DNA from: Clostridia bacterium
Lineage (GTDB): Bacteria > Bacillota > Peptococcia > DRI-13 > SV3-B141
DNA: 64,000 bases
Assembly (NCBI GenBank): GCA_018433015.1
Contig: JAHDSB010000027.1
Location: forward strand, 46,380 to 110,379
Direction of reading: 5' to 3'
A program made the translations under genes and the position numbers. Under the pieces are notes generated by a model. The model was not told the origin of the DNA and ran no database searches. It worked only from the letters and a program-made list of their open reading frames with translations. Position 1 is the stretch's first letter. Each line of letters begins with the position of its first letter. This document shows positions 1 to 9,660 of this stretch, in pieces.

Positions 1-248
1 GAATTTTGATACCTTATCCCTATGCTACGGAGAATCATCAAGAGTATAATGCCCGTTCTCTGGTGGAACAAGGAGCAGCCCAATTAATATTAGATCGCGA
101 ATTAACAGGGGAAAAGCTTCTGGAATATATTAACAATATACTATTTGATGAAAATAAGAGGAATTTGTCGTCTACCTTGAGCTTGCAGGCAGGAAAACCG
201 GAAGCTATCGAGAAAATATTACAGGTTATAAAAAAAACCTCCCAATAA
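1..248 (+). CDS. murG: MurG glycosyltransferase, C-terminal fragment (gene begins upstream of the window)
   Basis: ORF is open to the window edge. IPYPYATENHQEYNARSLVEQGAAQLI matches the conserved MurG C-terminal HQxxNA region. It lies directly 5' of murC in a dcw-type cluster. Confidence 0.8.
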   Translation, partial: ILIPYPYATENHQEYNARSLVEQGAAQLILDRELTGEKLLEYINNILFDENKRNLSSTLSLQAGKPEAIEKILQVIKKTSQ

Positions 249-426
249 AGTGTTGATAGATTTTGGATTGGTTTAATAGTAAAGTTCGAACCATATAGTA
301 AAGGTCTGTCTACTGTAACACCTTCTGCTGTAAATGCATATATAGTAAATTGCGAAGCGGATATTTTATAATAAATGGGGGAGGTATAATAGCTTACAGA
401 GGAAATGCGGAAGGAGATAATAACAA

Positions 427-1812
427 ATGTCGGAAAAGAAAAGGGTACATTTTATTGGTATTGGTGGTGCGGGAATGAGTGGTATTGCCAAAGTTCTGTT
501 GGAACTTGGTTATCCCATATCTGGATCCGATCTCCATACTTCTGAAACTACAAAACGTCTAGAAAATATGGGTGCTCTAATTAATATAGGTCATCATGAA
601 AATAATATTGATTTACAGATTAGCACTGTTGTCGTATCATCCGCAATACCTGAAGAAAATTCTGAGGTGGTGAAAGCTAATAAGTTAGGTATACCTGTTA
701 TTCAGAGGGCGGAAATGTTAGAAAAATTAATGCAGCGCCAAAAGGGAATTGCTATAGCTGGTGCTCACGGTAAAACGACAACATCTTCAATGATTTCCTT
801 AGTTTTTGAAAAAAATGAATGCGACCCAACTGTAATTGTGGGTGGAGAAATTAATGATATTGGTGGTAATGCTAAACTTGGTTCTGGGGAATACCTGGTA
901 GCTGAAGCCGATGAATCTGATGGTTCATTTTTAAAATTATCACCCTTTATTACTGTTGTAACAAACATAGAAAATGATCATATGGATTACTATGGAACAA
1001 GGGAAAATATAGAAAAGGCATTCTTTCAGTTTATATCTAAAACCTCTTCGGAAGGTTTTGCAGTATTATGCATAGATAATCCTGTTTTAGAAAAATTCAC
1101 TGAACAATTAAAAGGTAAAAAAAGAATCATAACATATGGTACTTCCCTAAAAGCTGATTATTGCATTAAAGATATAAAGCTAAATGGTTTAAGAACTGAA
1201 GGTACTGTTGTAAAGAAAGGTCAAGCGTTAGGGAATATAGTATTGAACGTTCCGGGGCAACATAATATGCTTAATGCATTAGCAACACTAGTTGTTGGAT
1301 TAGAATGTGGGTTGGAATTTACGGACATAGTCTGTAGTCTTAGTAAATTCAGAGGAGCGCAGCGCAGATTCCAAAAAATTGGTGAATCCCAAGGAATTCA
1401 AGTATTTGATGATTATGCTCACCATCCCACAGAGTTGCGGGCAACATTGGCTGCAGCTAAAACTATGAGACCGAAACGTGTAGTAGCGGTTTTTCAACCT
1501 CACCGTTATACGAGAACAAAATTATTAGTAAACGATTTTGCCAGTGCTTTTCAGGATGCAGATATACTTATTGTAAATGAAATATATTCAGCGGGAGAAA
1601 AACCCATTCCCGGAGTAAATGCACAAATGCTTGTAAGGGAAATATCTGCTCGCACCAAGCAACATGTGGAATATTATGAAGATACAAAGGCTATAGTAGC
1701 AAGATTGGCAGAAATCGCGACTGCAGGAGATTTAATTATTACTTTAGGTGCCGGTAATATATGGTCGGTGGGTGTGGAACTCTGCCATAACTTTGCAACA
1801 CTCAATGTTTAA
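427..1812 (+). CDS. murC: UDP-N-acetylmuramate--L-alanine ligase
   Basis: 461 aa. N-terminal HFIGIGGAGMSGIA and the Mur ligase P-loop GAHGKTTTSSM are present. RBS GGAAGGAGA lies upstream of the ATG. Confidence 0.95.
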   Translation: MSEKKRVHFIGIGGAGMSGIAKVLLELGYPISGSDLHTSETTKRLENMGALINIGHHENNIDLQISTVVVSSAIPEENSEVVKANKLGIPVIQRAEMLEKLMQRQKGIAIAGAHGKTTTSSMISLVFEKNECDPTVIVGGEINDIGGNAKLGSGEYLVAEADESDGSFLKLSPFITVVTNIENDHMDYYGTRENIEKAFFQFISKTSSEGFAVLCIDNPVLEKFTEQLKGKKRIITYGTSLKADYCIKDIKLNGLRTEGTVVKKGQALGNIVLNVPGQHNMLNALATLVVGLECGLEFTDIVCSLSKFRGAQRRFQKIGESQGIQVFDDYAHHPTELRATLAAAKTMRPKRVVAVFQPHRYTRTKLLVNDFASAFQDADILIVNEIYSAGEKPIPGVNAQMLVREISARTKQHVEYYEDTKAIVARLAEIATAGDLIITLGAGNIWSVGVELCHNFATLNV

Positions 1813-1815
1813 TAA

Positions 1816-1900
1816 GAGAAACTTCCATCAGGGAATTTTTTTCCCTGATGGTTAGTTGACCCAATCGAGGATTTACTGTCCGCCCTCTTGCACAGTATGC
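1816..1900 (+). repeat. Solo copy of the hairpin-containing repeat family also found upstream of gcvT
   Basis: GAAACTT-CCATCAGGGAA-ttttt-TTCCCTGATGG-TTAGTTGACCCAATCGAGGAT...TTGCACAGT aligns by eye with the 49.2-kb unit GAAACTT-CCATCAG-gtgcttt-CTGATGG-TTAGCTGAACTAATCGGGAT...TTGCACAAGT. Confidence 0.7.
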
Positions 1901-1947
1901 AGAAACATTACGGACAGTTAATGCGCGTGACAAAGGATGATGTGAGG

Positions 1948-2868
1948 ATGGATCTTCATTCCTTTTATGAATGGATCTTACAAGAAAATCTAGGTTATGT
2001 ACTGCAAAGAGAGCTTTTGGCTAAACACACTACTTGGAGAGTTGGAGGCCCCGCAGATATTTTTTATCAGCCTGATAATTGGAAAAAATGTTTACAAGTT
2101 ATAGGTGGTGCTAATAAGCAGGGAATCCCCGTTACTTTTTTAGGAGGGGGTTCCAACGTTCTCATAGCTGATGAGGGTTTAAGAGGAGTAGTCATTAGTA
2201 CTAAAAGGTTGCAAAAGCTTGCTTGGGAGAAAGATCAGGTTATTGTAGGGGCGGGTATGGCTCTACCCCAGTTGAGTTACCAATTTTTCCAAAAAGATAT
2301 TAGGGGATTAGAATTTGCCGCAGGTATTCCCGGAACAGTGGGTGGAGCAGTTATTATGAATGCAGGGGCCCATAATTCTTGTATGGAAGAGCTAGTCCTT
2401 CAGGTTAAGACTATTACTGATGAAGGGCAGAGTAAGGATTATACTAAGAATGAATTGAATTTTGGATATCGAACAAGTGCATTAAAAAACAAGAAAGAGT
2501 TAGTGGTAGAAATTGGACTAAAACTTCAACTCGGAAATAATGAGGAAATAAAGAAATTACGGAAAAAATATCTTGAACAGCGCAGAATTAAACAACCAAT
2601 AAATTTACCTAATGCCGGCAGTGTTTTTAGAAATCCCCCTAATGATGCCGCTGGACGTTTAATTGAAGCGGTAGGGGCAAAAGGATGGCGTATTGGTGAT
2701 GCAAAAGTTTCAGAAAAGCATGCCAACTTTATAGTGAATTTAGGTAAAGCTAAAGCTACAGATATTCTGAGTCTAATTCAGGAGGTGCGTGTAGCTGTTG
2801 CACAACAATTCTCCCTCTCTTTGGAACCAGAAGTTGTTTTGTTGGGTTTTGATAACAACGGGAGGTGA
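1948..2868 (+). CDS. murB: UDP-N-acetylenolpyruvoylglucosamine reductase
   Basis: FAD-binding MurB motifs are present (HTTWRVGGPADIF, GGGSNVL, PNAGSVFRNP). The ORF is open from 1888, but 1816-1900 matches a noncoding repeat, so the start is more likely GTG 1942 or ATG 1948 (AAAGGA at 1931-1936). Confidence 0.88.
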   Translation: MDLHSFYEWILQENLGYVLQRELLAKHTTWRVGGPADIFYQPDNWKKCLQVIGGANKQGIPVTFLGGGSNVLIADEGLRGVVISTKRLQKLAWEKDQVIVGAGMALPQLSYQFFQKDIRGLEFAAGIPGTVGGAVIMNAGAHNSCMEELVLQVKTITDEGQSKDYTKNELNFGYRTSALKNKKELVVEIGLKLQLGNNEEIKKLRKKYLEQRRIKQPINLPNAGSVFRNPPNDAAGRLIEAVGAKGWRIGDAKVSEKHANFIVNLGKAKATDILSLIQEVRVAVAQQFSLSLEPEVVLLGFDNNGR

Positions 2869-4148
2869 AAGTATTGGAAAAATATGTAGTTGTTGGCGGG
2901 AATAGATTGTCAGGAACTGTCCGCATTAGCGGAGGAAAAAATTCAGTCTTGGCCATCTTACCCGCTTGTCTCTTATCTAAAGGGGTTTGTACTATCCATG
3001 AAGTCCCCAGGTTACGAGATGTTTTTGTAATGAAGGAAGTTTTGGAATGTCTTGGTGCTAAAGTGAGCTTTACAGGTAACACCATGAGTGTAGATGCCAC
3101 AATGGTGGATACTGTAGAAGTTCCTGATAGGTTGACGAGAATGATGCGAGCTTCGAATCTAGTTATGGGTCCCCTATTATCGCGGTTTAAAAATGTTAAA
3201 GTTGCTTATCCGGGAGGTTGCTCTATCGGCTCGCGACCTATGGATCAACATCTGCGGGGAATGAAAGATTTAGGAGCAGAGGTTACGGAAAAATATGGTT
3301 TTATTGAAGCAAAAGCAGTAAAACTGAAAGGTGCTGAAATATGCCTTGATTTTCCCAGTGTAGGTGCCACAGAAAATATTATTATGGCAGCATCTTTAGC
3401 TGAAGGAGTAACTATTCTACGTAATGCCGCCAGGGAACCGGAAATTACCGATTTGCAAAATTTTTTGAACAATATGGGAGCAAATATTAAAGGAGCAGGA
3501 ACAGATGTTATTAAAATATCAGGAGTTAAAGAATTAGGGGGGACAGAGCACATAATTAATCCTGACCGAATAGAGGCAGGAACCTTCATAGTTATGACAG
3601 CCATTACTAATGGCGATATTATGATTACAAATGTAATTCCGGAGCATTTAGAAGCAGTTATCGCTAAGTTAAGAGAAGCAGGTGTGGATATTATAGAAGA
3701 TGAAAAGGGGATTCGTGTAAAACGCAAAAGACGGATTAAAGGGGTCGACTTAAAAACCATGCCTTTCCCCGGATTCCCTACAGATATGCAGGCCCAAATT
3801 ATGGTCCTCATGTCTTTAGCCGAAGGAACCAGTGTTATTACGGAAACTATTTTTGAAAATCGCTTCAAACACGTAGATGAATTGCGACGTATGGGAGCAA
3901 ATATAAAATTAGAAGGCCGCGTTGCTATCATAAAAGGAATTAAAAATTTAAGTGGTGCTTATGTAGAAATCTCAGATTTGCGAGCTGGAGCTGCTTTAGT
4001 TGCTGCTGGCCTTGCAGCTGAAGGAGCTACTGTGTTGGAAAACATTAATCATATAGAAAGAGGTTATGAAAATTTCGAGCAAAAGCTACGTAATTTGGGA
4101 GCTCAAATTATTAGGGTGAATGGCTTAAAAAGTAGTTTCAAAAAATAA
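2865..4148 (+). CDS. murA: UDP-N-acetylglucosamine 1-carboxyvinyltransferase
   Basis: 427 aa with typical MurA N-terminus (GGNRLSGTVRISGGKNS) and active-site region (YPGGCSIGSRPMDQH). The start is either GTG 2865, overlapping the murB stop, or TTG 2874, 8 nt after GGAGG. Confidence 0.95.
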   Translation: MKVLEKYVVVGGNRLSGTVRISGGKNSVLAILPACLLSKGVCTIHEVPRLRDVFVMKEVLECLGAKVSFTGNTMSVDATMVDTVEVPDRLTRMMRASNLVMGPLLSRFKNVKVAYPGGCSIGSRPMDQHLRGMKDLGAEVTEKYGFIEAKAVKLKGAEICLDFPSVGATENIIMAASLAEGVTILRNAAREPEITDLQNFLNNMGANIKGAGTDVIKISGVKELGGTEHIINPDRIEAGTFIVMTAITNGDIMITNVIPEHLEAVIAKLREAGVDIIEDEKGIRVKRKRRIKGVDLKTMPFPGFPTDMQAQIMVLMSLAEGTSVITETIFENRFKHVDELRRMGANIKLEGRVAIIKGIKNLSGAYVEISDLRAGAALVAAGLAAEGATVLENINHIERGYENFEQKLRNLGAQIIRVNGLKSSFKK

Positions 4149-4244
4149 ATTTGCCCTTTCTTTTTTAGATGGTATTGGACAAGGTTAGGCATTATGCTAT
4201 AATAGTAATATGTCTGGCATGTAAAAAAAATAGGAGCGAAAAAC

Positions 4245-5009
4245 GTGGATAAAGTTACTCATGTTAGATATATACGAAGAAGAAAAAGGATTGCTGCACC
4301 CGTATTCGGCCTGTGGCTTTTTTTATTATTTGCTTGTCTGTTAGCTTCCTATTATTTTATTCATTCTCCTTATTTTTCTGTGCAGCAAATTAAAGTTTCT
4401 GATAATGTAAATATAACGGAAGAAGAGATAATAAAGCAGAGTGGCTTGAGTAAGGGAAATAATATTTTCAAAGTAAATTTACGAGAAGCAGCAGCTAAAA
4501 TCAATATGTTTTCTTGGATTAAAAAAGTTGAAATTAAAAGAAGACTACCTTCCACATTACTTATTCGGGTATATGAAAGGGTACCTCTAGCCTTAGTTGT
4601 GAATAATGATGAATTTATTGTTGTCGATAAAGAAGGAATATACATAAAAAAAGTGAAATACGTTAATGATATGAATCTTCCTTTGATAAGTGATGTACCT
4701 CTATCGGAAAAAGATATATGTGGTGCGAAAATCGCCGCAGAAGGACTGCATTCTGCTCTAAGTCTAATAGAATTGTTAGATAAGGAGATTTTAGAGGATG
4801 TAGCAGAAATAAGTTCATCTTCTTCTCAGAGTTTAACTTTAAAAACTATAGAAGGAATAGAGATCCGTTTTGGTGAGCCTAATGATTTAGATCGTAAAAT
4901 ACACTTGATAGAAAATTTGTTGGATGAACATAGTGAAATAATTAATAGAGAAACAGTGGAATATATTGATTTACGTTATAATACAACTCCGGTAATTCAA
5001 TTCAGATAA
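4245..5009 (+). CDS. ftsQ: Cell division protein FtsQ/DivIB (single TM plus POTRA domain)
   Basis: N-terminal basic region, then TM (VFGLWLFLLFACLLASYYFI), then a POTRA-like FSVQQIKVSDNVNITEEEI. Position is between the mur genes and ftsZ. Confidence 0.8.
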   Translation: MDKVTHVRYIRRRKRIAAPVFGLWLFLLFACLLASYYFIHSPYFSVQQIKVSDNVNITEEEIIKQSGLSKGNNIFKVNLREAAAKINMFSWIKKVEIKRRLPSTLLIRVYERVPLALVVNNDEFIVVDKEGIYIKKVKYVNDMNLPLISDVPLSEKDICGAKIAAEGLHSALSLIELLDKEILEDVAEISSSSSQSLTLKTIEGIEIRFGEPNDLDRKIHLIENLLDEHSEIINRETVEYIDLRYNTTPVIQFR

Positions 5010-5156
5010 TTAAAAAAGAAAAAAGATAAGTTAAAAAAAGGAAATATGGTATCCCTGTTGAATTAGCAATTATAAACAAAATCACGTTATTAATTGTTCG
5101 TTAATATATGCGAATAAAAGTTGAAGTAGGGATTAGAAAAAGGGGGAAATATTTTA

Positions 5157-6197
5157 ATGCTTGAGTTTGAGAATGATGTTCACCAAACTGCTCAGATAAA
5201 AGTAATAGGAGTAGGCGGGGGGGGCAGCAATGCGGTAAATAGGATGATAGAAGGCGGACTAAAAGGTGTAGATTTTATAGCAGTAAATACTGATTCTCAG
5301 GCTTTGTTTCTTTCTAAAGCGGAGTGTAAAATACAGATCGGTGCTAAGCTTACTCGTGGATTAGGGGCTGGAGCTAATCCGGAAATAGGTATGAAAGCAG
5401 CAGAAGAGAGTCGAGATGAATTAATGGCATCATTAAAAGGTGCAGATATGGTTTTTGTCACAGCAGGAATGGGAGGAGGTACGGGAACAGGTGCAGCGCC
5501 TATAGTAGCAGAAATTGCTAAGGAAGCCGGCGCTTTAACAGTAGGAGTTGTCACTAAGCCTTTCCCTTTTGAAGGGCGCAAACGTTCCAACCAAGCGGAA
5601 AGTGGTGTTGCTAATTTAAAAAGTAAGGTAGATACATTGATAGTAATACCTAATGAAAAATTATTGCAGGTTGTGGACAAACAGACGACAATAAATGATG
5701 CCTTTAAAATTGCTGATGACGTTTTACGACAAGGTGTACAAGGTATTTCTGATCTTGTTGCAGTTCCCGGTCTAATCAACTTGGACTTTGCTGACGTTAA
5801 AACTATTATGCATGAAACGGGAACAGCTTTAATGGGTATTGGTTTAGGAAGTGATGAAAATCGGGCTGCCGTAGCTGCTCGTGCGGCTATTTCTAGTCCA
5901 CTACTAGAGACTTCTATTGAAGGGGCTAGAGGAGTACTATTGAATATTACTGGAGGATCAAATCTAGGATTGTTCGAAGTAAATGAGGCTGCAGAAATTA
6001 TTGCTCAGGCTGCTGATCCTGAGGCTAATATAATCTTTGGAGCAGTTATAGATGACAGTATGGGTGATGATGTAAGGGTAACTGTAATTGCTACCGGATT
6101 TGATCAACAAAAGACAGAGGATAAAAAGGTTGAAATAGATGTTAAAAGTTTCAATACCGATGAGATAGTTATACCGGAATTTTTACGTAAAAAATAA
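5157..6197 (+). CDS. ftsZ: Cell division GTPase FtsZ
   Basis: Tubulin signature [11 protein letters not shown]-terminal [17 protein letters not shown], and a C-terminal peptide ending IPEFLRKK. Confidence 0.97.
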   Translation: MLEFENDVHQTAQIKVIGVGGGGSNAVNRMIEGGLKGVDFIAVNTDSQALFLSKAECKIQIGAKLTRGLGAGANPEIGMKAAEESRDELMASLKGADMVFVTAGMGGGTGTGAAPIVAEIAKEAGALTVGVVTKPFPFEGRKRSNQAESGVANLKSKVDTLIVIPNEKLLQVVDKQTTINDAFKIADDVLRQGVQGISDLVAVPGLINLDFADVKTIMHETGTALMGIGLGSDENRAAVAARAAISSPLLETSIEGARGVLLNITGGSNLGLFEVNEAAEIIAQAADPEANIIFGAVIDDSMGDDVRVTVIATGFDQQKTEDKKVEIDVKSFNTDEIVIPEFLRKK

Positions 6198-6223
6198 TCC
6201 AGATGATAGAACAACGAAATTCT

Positions 6224-6270
6224 AAAGGGAGTTGTAAAACTACTTAAGTAGTTTTACAACTCCCTTTTTT
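6224..6270 (+). terminator. Intrinsic terminator after ftsZ
   Basis: 20-bp perfect stem AAAGGGAGTTGTAAAACTAC / GTAGTTTTACAACTCCCTTT with a 4-nt loop and a T-run. Confidence 0.85.
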
Positions 6271-6279
6271 ATAAAAAAA

Positions 6280-6343
6280 TGTCAAAATATACCGGAAAGA
6301 GCCGCACGATTTGACAAAAATATGGAAAAGATTGGTGTATAAT
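6280..6343 (+). promoter_or_regulatory. Candidate spoIIG-type promoter: TTGACA (6311-6316), 21-nt spacer, TATAAT (6338-6343), with 0A-box-like TGTCAAA (6280-6286)
   Basis: Read directly. The over-long spacer and the near-0A boxes (one also on the opposite strand overlapping the -35) mirror the Spo0A-dependent B. subtilis spoIIG promoter. Confidence 0.45.
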
Positions 6344-6372
6344 GATTAAGGAGTTTTTAAATAAGGCCCGAG

Positions 6373-7311
6373 GTGATTGGCTTGCAGGATAGCGGGCTTT
6401 TAGTAAAAGTATATGTAGATGTAATGTTATTAATAAACTTCATAATGGATTTTTTTATTTTATGGGCAACAGGTAAATTAACGGGGACTAAAGCTAGATG
6501 GTGCAGATTAATAGCAGGGGCATCATGTGGGGCCATCTATTCTCTAGTTATAATTCTGCCTCAAAGCCATATTTTAACTTCGTTAGCTGCTAAAATAATA
6601 TGCTCAATAGTTATGATATTATTTGCTTTTGCCCCTCTCTCGTTCCGGCTTTTTGTTCGTTCTATTGTATATCTATATATCATCTCTTTTGTAATGGGAG
6701 GTGCAGTGATTGCGGCAATATACATGACTGATAAATCTCCTACCGCTATTCAAGCCTGGAATGGTGCAGCCTTACTAACTAATAGCTTTAGCTATAAATG
6801 GCTAACGGTAGGTATTTGTGTAGCCCTTATTGTAGGGTGGGGTGGGATTAGCTACTTACGTAAGAATTGGTTGCATAACAATCTGCTCAGCACCTTAGTT
6901 ATCCATTTGCAAGGTCATGAAGTAACGATGCAGGCTCTGTTAGATACGGGAAACCAGTTGGTAGATCCTTTGACCCAACAGCCTGTTATTGTCGTAGAGA
7001 TACATACTTTAAAACATCTACTACCAGAAAAGATCCTACAGGCAATATCTGAGGAAGAATTGAATATGACAATGTTAAGTGCGCAACTGGATAAAGAGTG
7101 GACCGGGCGTTTACGGCTAATTCCTTTTAACTCTGTAGGCCGTATACACGGCCTGATGCTAGGGGTACGTCCTGATTATATTGAGGTAAAAAGCCGAGGG
7201 GGAATAATTAAAAGAGAAGATGTTATCATCGGAATAATCAATAGAAACCTCACTAAAGAAGGGAAATATCAGGCACTTCTAAATTCTCGAATAATTCAAA
7301 AAACCATGTAA
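6373..7311 (+). CDS. spoIIGA: Sigma-E processing peptidase SpoIIGA
   Basis: Polytopic membrane N-terminal half ([19 protein letters not shown]) and a C-terminal aspartic protease region ([12 protein letters not shown]). It lies immediately upstream of sigE. Confidence 0.87.
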   Translation: MIGLQDSGLLVKVYVDVMLLINFIMDFFILWATGKLTGTKARWCRLIAGASCGAIYSLVIILPQSHILTSLAAKIICSIVMILFAFAPLSFRLFVRSIVYLYIISFVMGGAVIAAIYMTDKSPTAIQAWNGAALLTNSFSYKWLTVGICVALIVGWGGISYLRKNWLHNNLLSTLVIHLQGHEVTMQALLDTGNQLVDPLTQQPVIVVEIHTLKHLLPEKILQAISEEELNMTMLSAQLDKEWTGRLRLIPFNSVGRIHGLMLGVRPDYIEVKSRGGIIKREDVIIGIINRNLTKEGKYQALLNSRIIQKTM

Positions 7312-7324
7312 GAGGAGGAAAAAC

Positions 7325-8059
7325 ATGCTGCTCCAAGAGAAATTTAATGATTATTATTTGTTATTAAAAGAAATGGTGGTTAGGCTGCTTGTACGTTTGG
7401 GGATAGACGAAGATGTTTTCTATGTAGGCAGCAGTGAGGCTTTGCCGCCGCCTCTTAGTAGTGATGAGGAATATCATTTGTTAAATTGCCTGGAACAGGG
7501 AGATCATGCAGTTAAAGGTGTTTTAATAGAACGGAATCTACGTTTGGTAGTATATATTGCCAGGAAATTTGAAAATACCGGTGTGGGTATCGAAGATTTA
7601 GTATCTATTGGAACTATTGGTTTAATTAAAGCAGTTAATACTTTTAAACCTTCTAAAAAGATTAAATTAGCTACCTATGCTTCCAGGTGCATTGAAAATG
7701 AGATACTTATGCATTTAAGACGTAGTAGTAAAACGCGTTCAGAGGTTTCTTTTGATGAGCCCTTAAATGTAGATTTGGATGGTAATGAATTATTACTATC
7801 CGATGTGATGGGAACTGAAAACGATATTATATACAGGGCTTTAGAGGAAGAAGTTGATAGAAAATTGTTAGTAGTAGCTATGAGCAAACTATCTCCTCGC
7901 GATAAGAAAATAATGGATTTACGCTTTGGACTCAAAGATGGAACAGAAAAAACCCAAAAAGAAGTGGCTGATATGTTAGGGATATCTCAATCTTATATAT
8001 CCCGGTTGGAAAAAAGAATTATTCGCAGATTGCGTAAAGAAATTAAAAGATTGGAATAA
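7325..8059 (+). CDS. sigE: Sporulation sigma factor SigE (pro-sigma-E)
   Basis: Sigma-70 regions 2-4 are present ([27 protein letters not shown]), preceded by a pro-sequence ending near [12 protein letters not shown]. It follows spoIIGA. Confidence 0.9.
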   Translation: MLLQEKFNDYYLLLKEMVVRLLVRLGIDEDVFYVGSSEALPPPLSSDEEYHLLNCLEQGDHAVKGVLIERNLRLVVYIARKFENTGVGIEDLVSIGTIGLIKAVNTFKPSKKIKLATYASRCIENEILMHLRRSSKTRSEVSFDEPLNVDLDGNELLLSDVMGTENDIIYRALEEEVDRKLLVVAMSKLSPRDKKIMDLRFGLKDGTEKTQKEVADMLGISQSYISRLEKRIIRRLRKEIKRLE

Positions 8060-8161
8060 GAATAAATAAACTATAAAATGAATAAAAATACAAATTTATT
8101 ATTGTAAATAAGCTAAGAATCTGGTATTATCTTATAAAAGACAATACCAGGGGGAACATAT

Positions 8162-8614
8162 ATGAAAATACGAAGGGCTTCATTGGCCGACACTGAGATA
8201 CTTCATGAGCTAGTGAATAAATATGCAGGGCGAGGTTTAATGTTACCAAGACCGCGCAGCATGTTGTATGAAAATATAAGAGATTTTATAGTAGTAGAAA
8301 CTGAAAAAGGCATAGTTGGAGCTGGTGCACTGCATATCATGTGGAAAGATTTGGCGGAAATTAGGGCGCTGGCCGTTCGTGAGGATATGTTTAAAAAGGG
8401 AGTGGGGCGTAAAATCGTCAATTGTTGTCTTAAGGAAGCTGAAGAACTGGGAATTCCTAAAGTGTTTACTCTAACATATCAACCTGGTTTTTTTCAAAAA
8501 ATGGGTTTTGTAGTAGTTGATAAAGAGAATATGCCCCAAAAGGTATGGAAAGAGTGTATAGATTGTCCTAAATTTCCTAATTGTGATGAAATATGTATGG
8601 AATATAGACTATAG
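8162..8614 (+). CDS. GNAT family N-acetyltransferase (amino-acid N-acetyltransferase-like)
   Basis: 150 aa. Acetyl-CoA binding motif region RALAVREDMFKKGVGRKIV is present. The C-terminal Cys cluster is CIDCPKFPNCDEIC. Confidence 0.75.
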   Translation: MKIRRASLADTEILHELVNKYAGRGLMLPRPRSMLYENIRDFIVVETEKGIVGAGALHIMWKDLAEIRALAVREDMFKKGVGRKIVNCCLKEAEELGIPKVFTLTYQPGFFQKMGFVVVDKENMPQKVWKECIDCPKFPNCDEICMEYRL

Positions 8615-8643
8615 GTTATACTTAGAAAATTTAAATCTTTATT

Positions 8644-8670
8644 AAAACGGCGTAAAGCCGTTTTTTTTTT
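8644..8670 (+). terminator. Intrinsic terminator after the GNAT gene
   Basis: ACGGC-gtaaa-GCCGT hairpin followed by T10. Confidence 0.7.
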
Positions 8671-8701
8671 GTAAGTTACCAAATCCCCACTTTTTTAAAC
8701 G

Positions 8702-8730
8702 GTATATTTGTCTGTTACACAGGTAATAAT
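8702..8730 (+). promoter_or_regulatory. Sigma-F/sigma-G-type promoter upstream of sigG: GTATA, 15 nt, GGTAATAAT
   Basis: GTATA at 8702-8706, a 15-nt spacer, and GGTAATAAT at 8722-8730. This matches the forespore consensus (G/T)(C/T)ATA-N15-GGnrAnAhT. It lies ~40 nt upstream of the sigG start. Confidence 0.5.
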
Positions 8731-8769
8731 GAAGTTAGTTAGTCAGAAAAATACTCGGGGGTTGAGAAG

Positions 8770-9543
8770 GTGATAATAAATAAAGTCGAAATATGTGGAG
8801 TTAATACTTCTAAACTGCCAGTATTAAAAAACTCCGTAATGAGAGAACTTTTTCAAAAAATGTACCAAGGGGACATATCTGCCAGGGAACGGATCATTAA
8901 TGGCAATTTGCGCTTAGTTTTAAGTGTAATTCAACGGTTTACTAACCGCGGTGAGTATGTAGATGACTTATTTCAAGTAGGATGTATTGGTTTGATTAAA
9001 GCAATAGATAATTTTGACTTGGAACAAAACGTTAAGTTTTCTACGTATGCGGTACCGATGATTATTGGCGAAATTAGGCGATATTTGCGAGATAATAATC
9101 CTATTCGTGTCAGTCGTTCCCTTAGAGATGTTGCTTACAAAGCTTTACAAATCAGAGATAACTTAATAAACAAACATTCACGGGAACCATCGATTAATGA
9201 GATTGCTGCAGAGTTAAATATTCCCCGGGAAGAAATTGTTTTTGCGTTAGATGCCATTCAAGAGCCTATTTCTCTTTTTGAACCTATCTATCATGATGGA
9301 GGCGACCCTATCTTTGTTATGGATCAGATAGGGGATGAAAAAAATGCAGATGGTAACTGGTTAGAAACTATTACTGTAAAAGAGGCATTGCGCAAATTGA
9401 GTCAAAGAGAACGTCATATTTTGACATTAAGATTTTTTGAAGGAAAAACGCAAATGGAAGTAGCTGAAGAAATAGGAATATCCCAGGCTCAGGTTTCACG
9501 TTTAGAAAAAGCTGCGCTACATCATATGCGTAAACATATCTAA
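8770..9543 (+). CDS. sigG: Sporulation sigma factor SigG
   Basis: N-terminus NKVEICGVNTSKLPVLKN is typical of SigG, and sigma-70 regions 2-4 are present (GISQAQVSRLEKAAL). A sigma-F/G-type promoter lies upstream. Confidence 0.9.
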   Translation: MIINKVEICGVNTSKLPVLKNSVMRELFQKMYQGDISARERIINGNLRLVLSVIQRFTNRGEYVDDLFQVGCIGLIKAIDNFDLEQNVKFSTYAVPMIIGEIRRYLRDNNPIRVSRSLRDVAYKALQIRDNLINKHSREPSINEIAAELNIPREEIVFALDAIQEPISLFEPIYHDGGDPIFVMDQIGDEKNADGNWLETITVKEALRKLSQRERHILTLRFFEGKTQMEVAEEIGISQAQVSRLEKAALHHMRKHI

Positions 9544-9560
9544 TTATTTGCTAGTAGGAT

Positions 9561-9592
9561 AAAAATTGCCCATGAAGGGCAATTTTTATTTT
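9561..9592 (+). terminator. Intrinsic terminator after sigG
   Basis: AAAAATTGCCC-atgaa-GGGCAATTTTT followed by a T-rich tail. Confidence 0.8.
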
Positions 9593-9660
9593 AGTCATGT
9601 ATCATTTTATAGGTGGATTCATATACATGTATTGTTAAGGACATGAGGGGGGGATTAGGA

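Noticed and set aside
283-293. GTTCGAAC motif resembling a tRNA T-loop in the murG-murC spacer
   Set aside because: No acceptor, D or anticodon stems can be drawn around it.
1888-1947. N-terminal extension of murB in the ORF track (TTG 1888)
   Set aside because: The first ~13 nt of the extension (1888-1900) align with a noncoding repeat also present upstream of gcvT, and the TTG has no RBS. MurB homology begins near MDLHSFYEW, so a start at 1942 or 1948 is more likely.
3245-3931. Long antisense ORFs inside well-supported genes. Examples: 3245..3931 in murA, 5297..5779 in ftsZ, 2756..3100 in murB/murA, 55237..56235 (three ORFs) in the UPF0210 gene, 38302..38705 in pstB, 46744..47097 in the flavoprotein gene, and 62324..62680 and 63224..63415 in the P-type ATPase gene.
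   Set aside because: Each lies opposite a gene with unmistakable family motifs. They have low-complexity, Ser/Ile/Pro-rich translations and no RBS. They are typical shadow ORFs.
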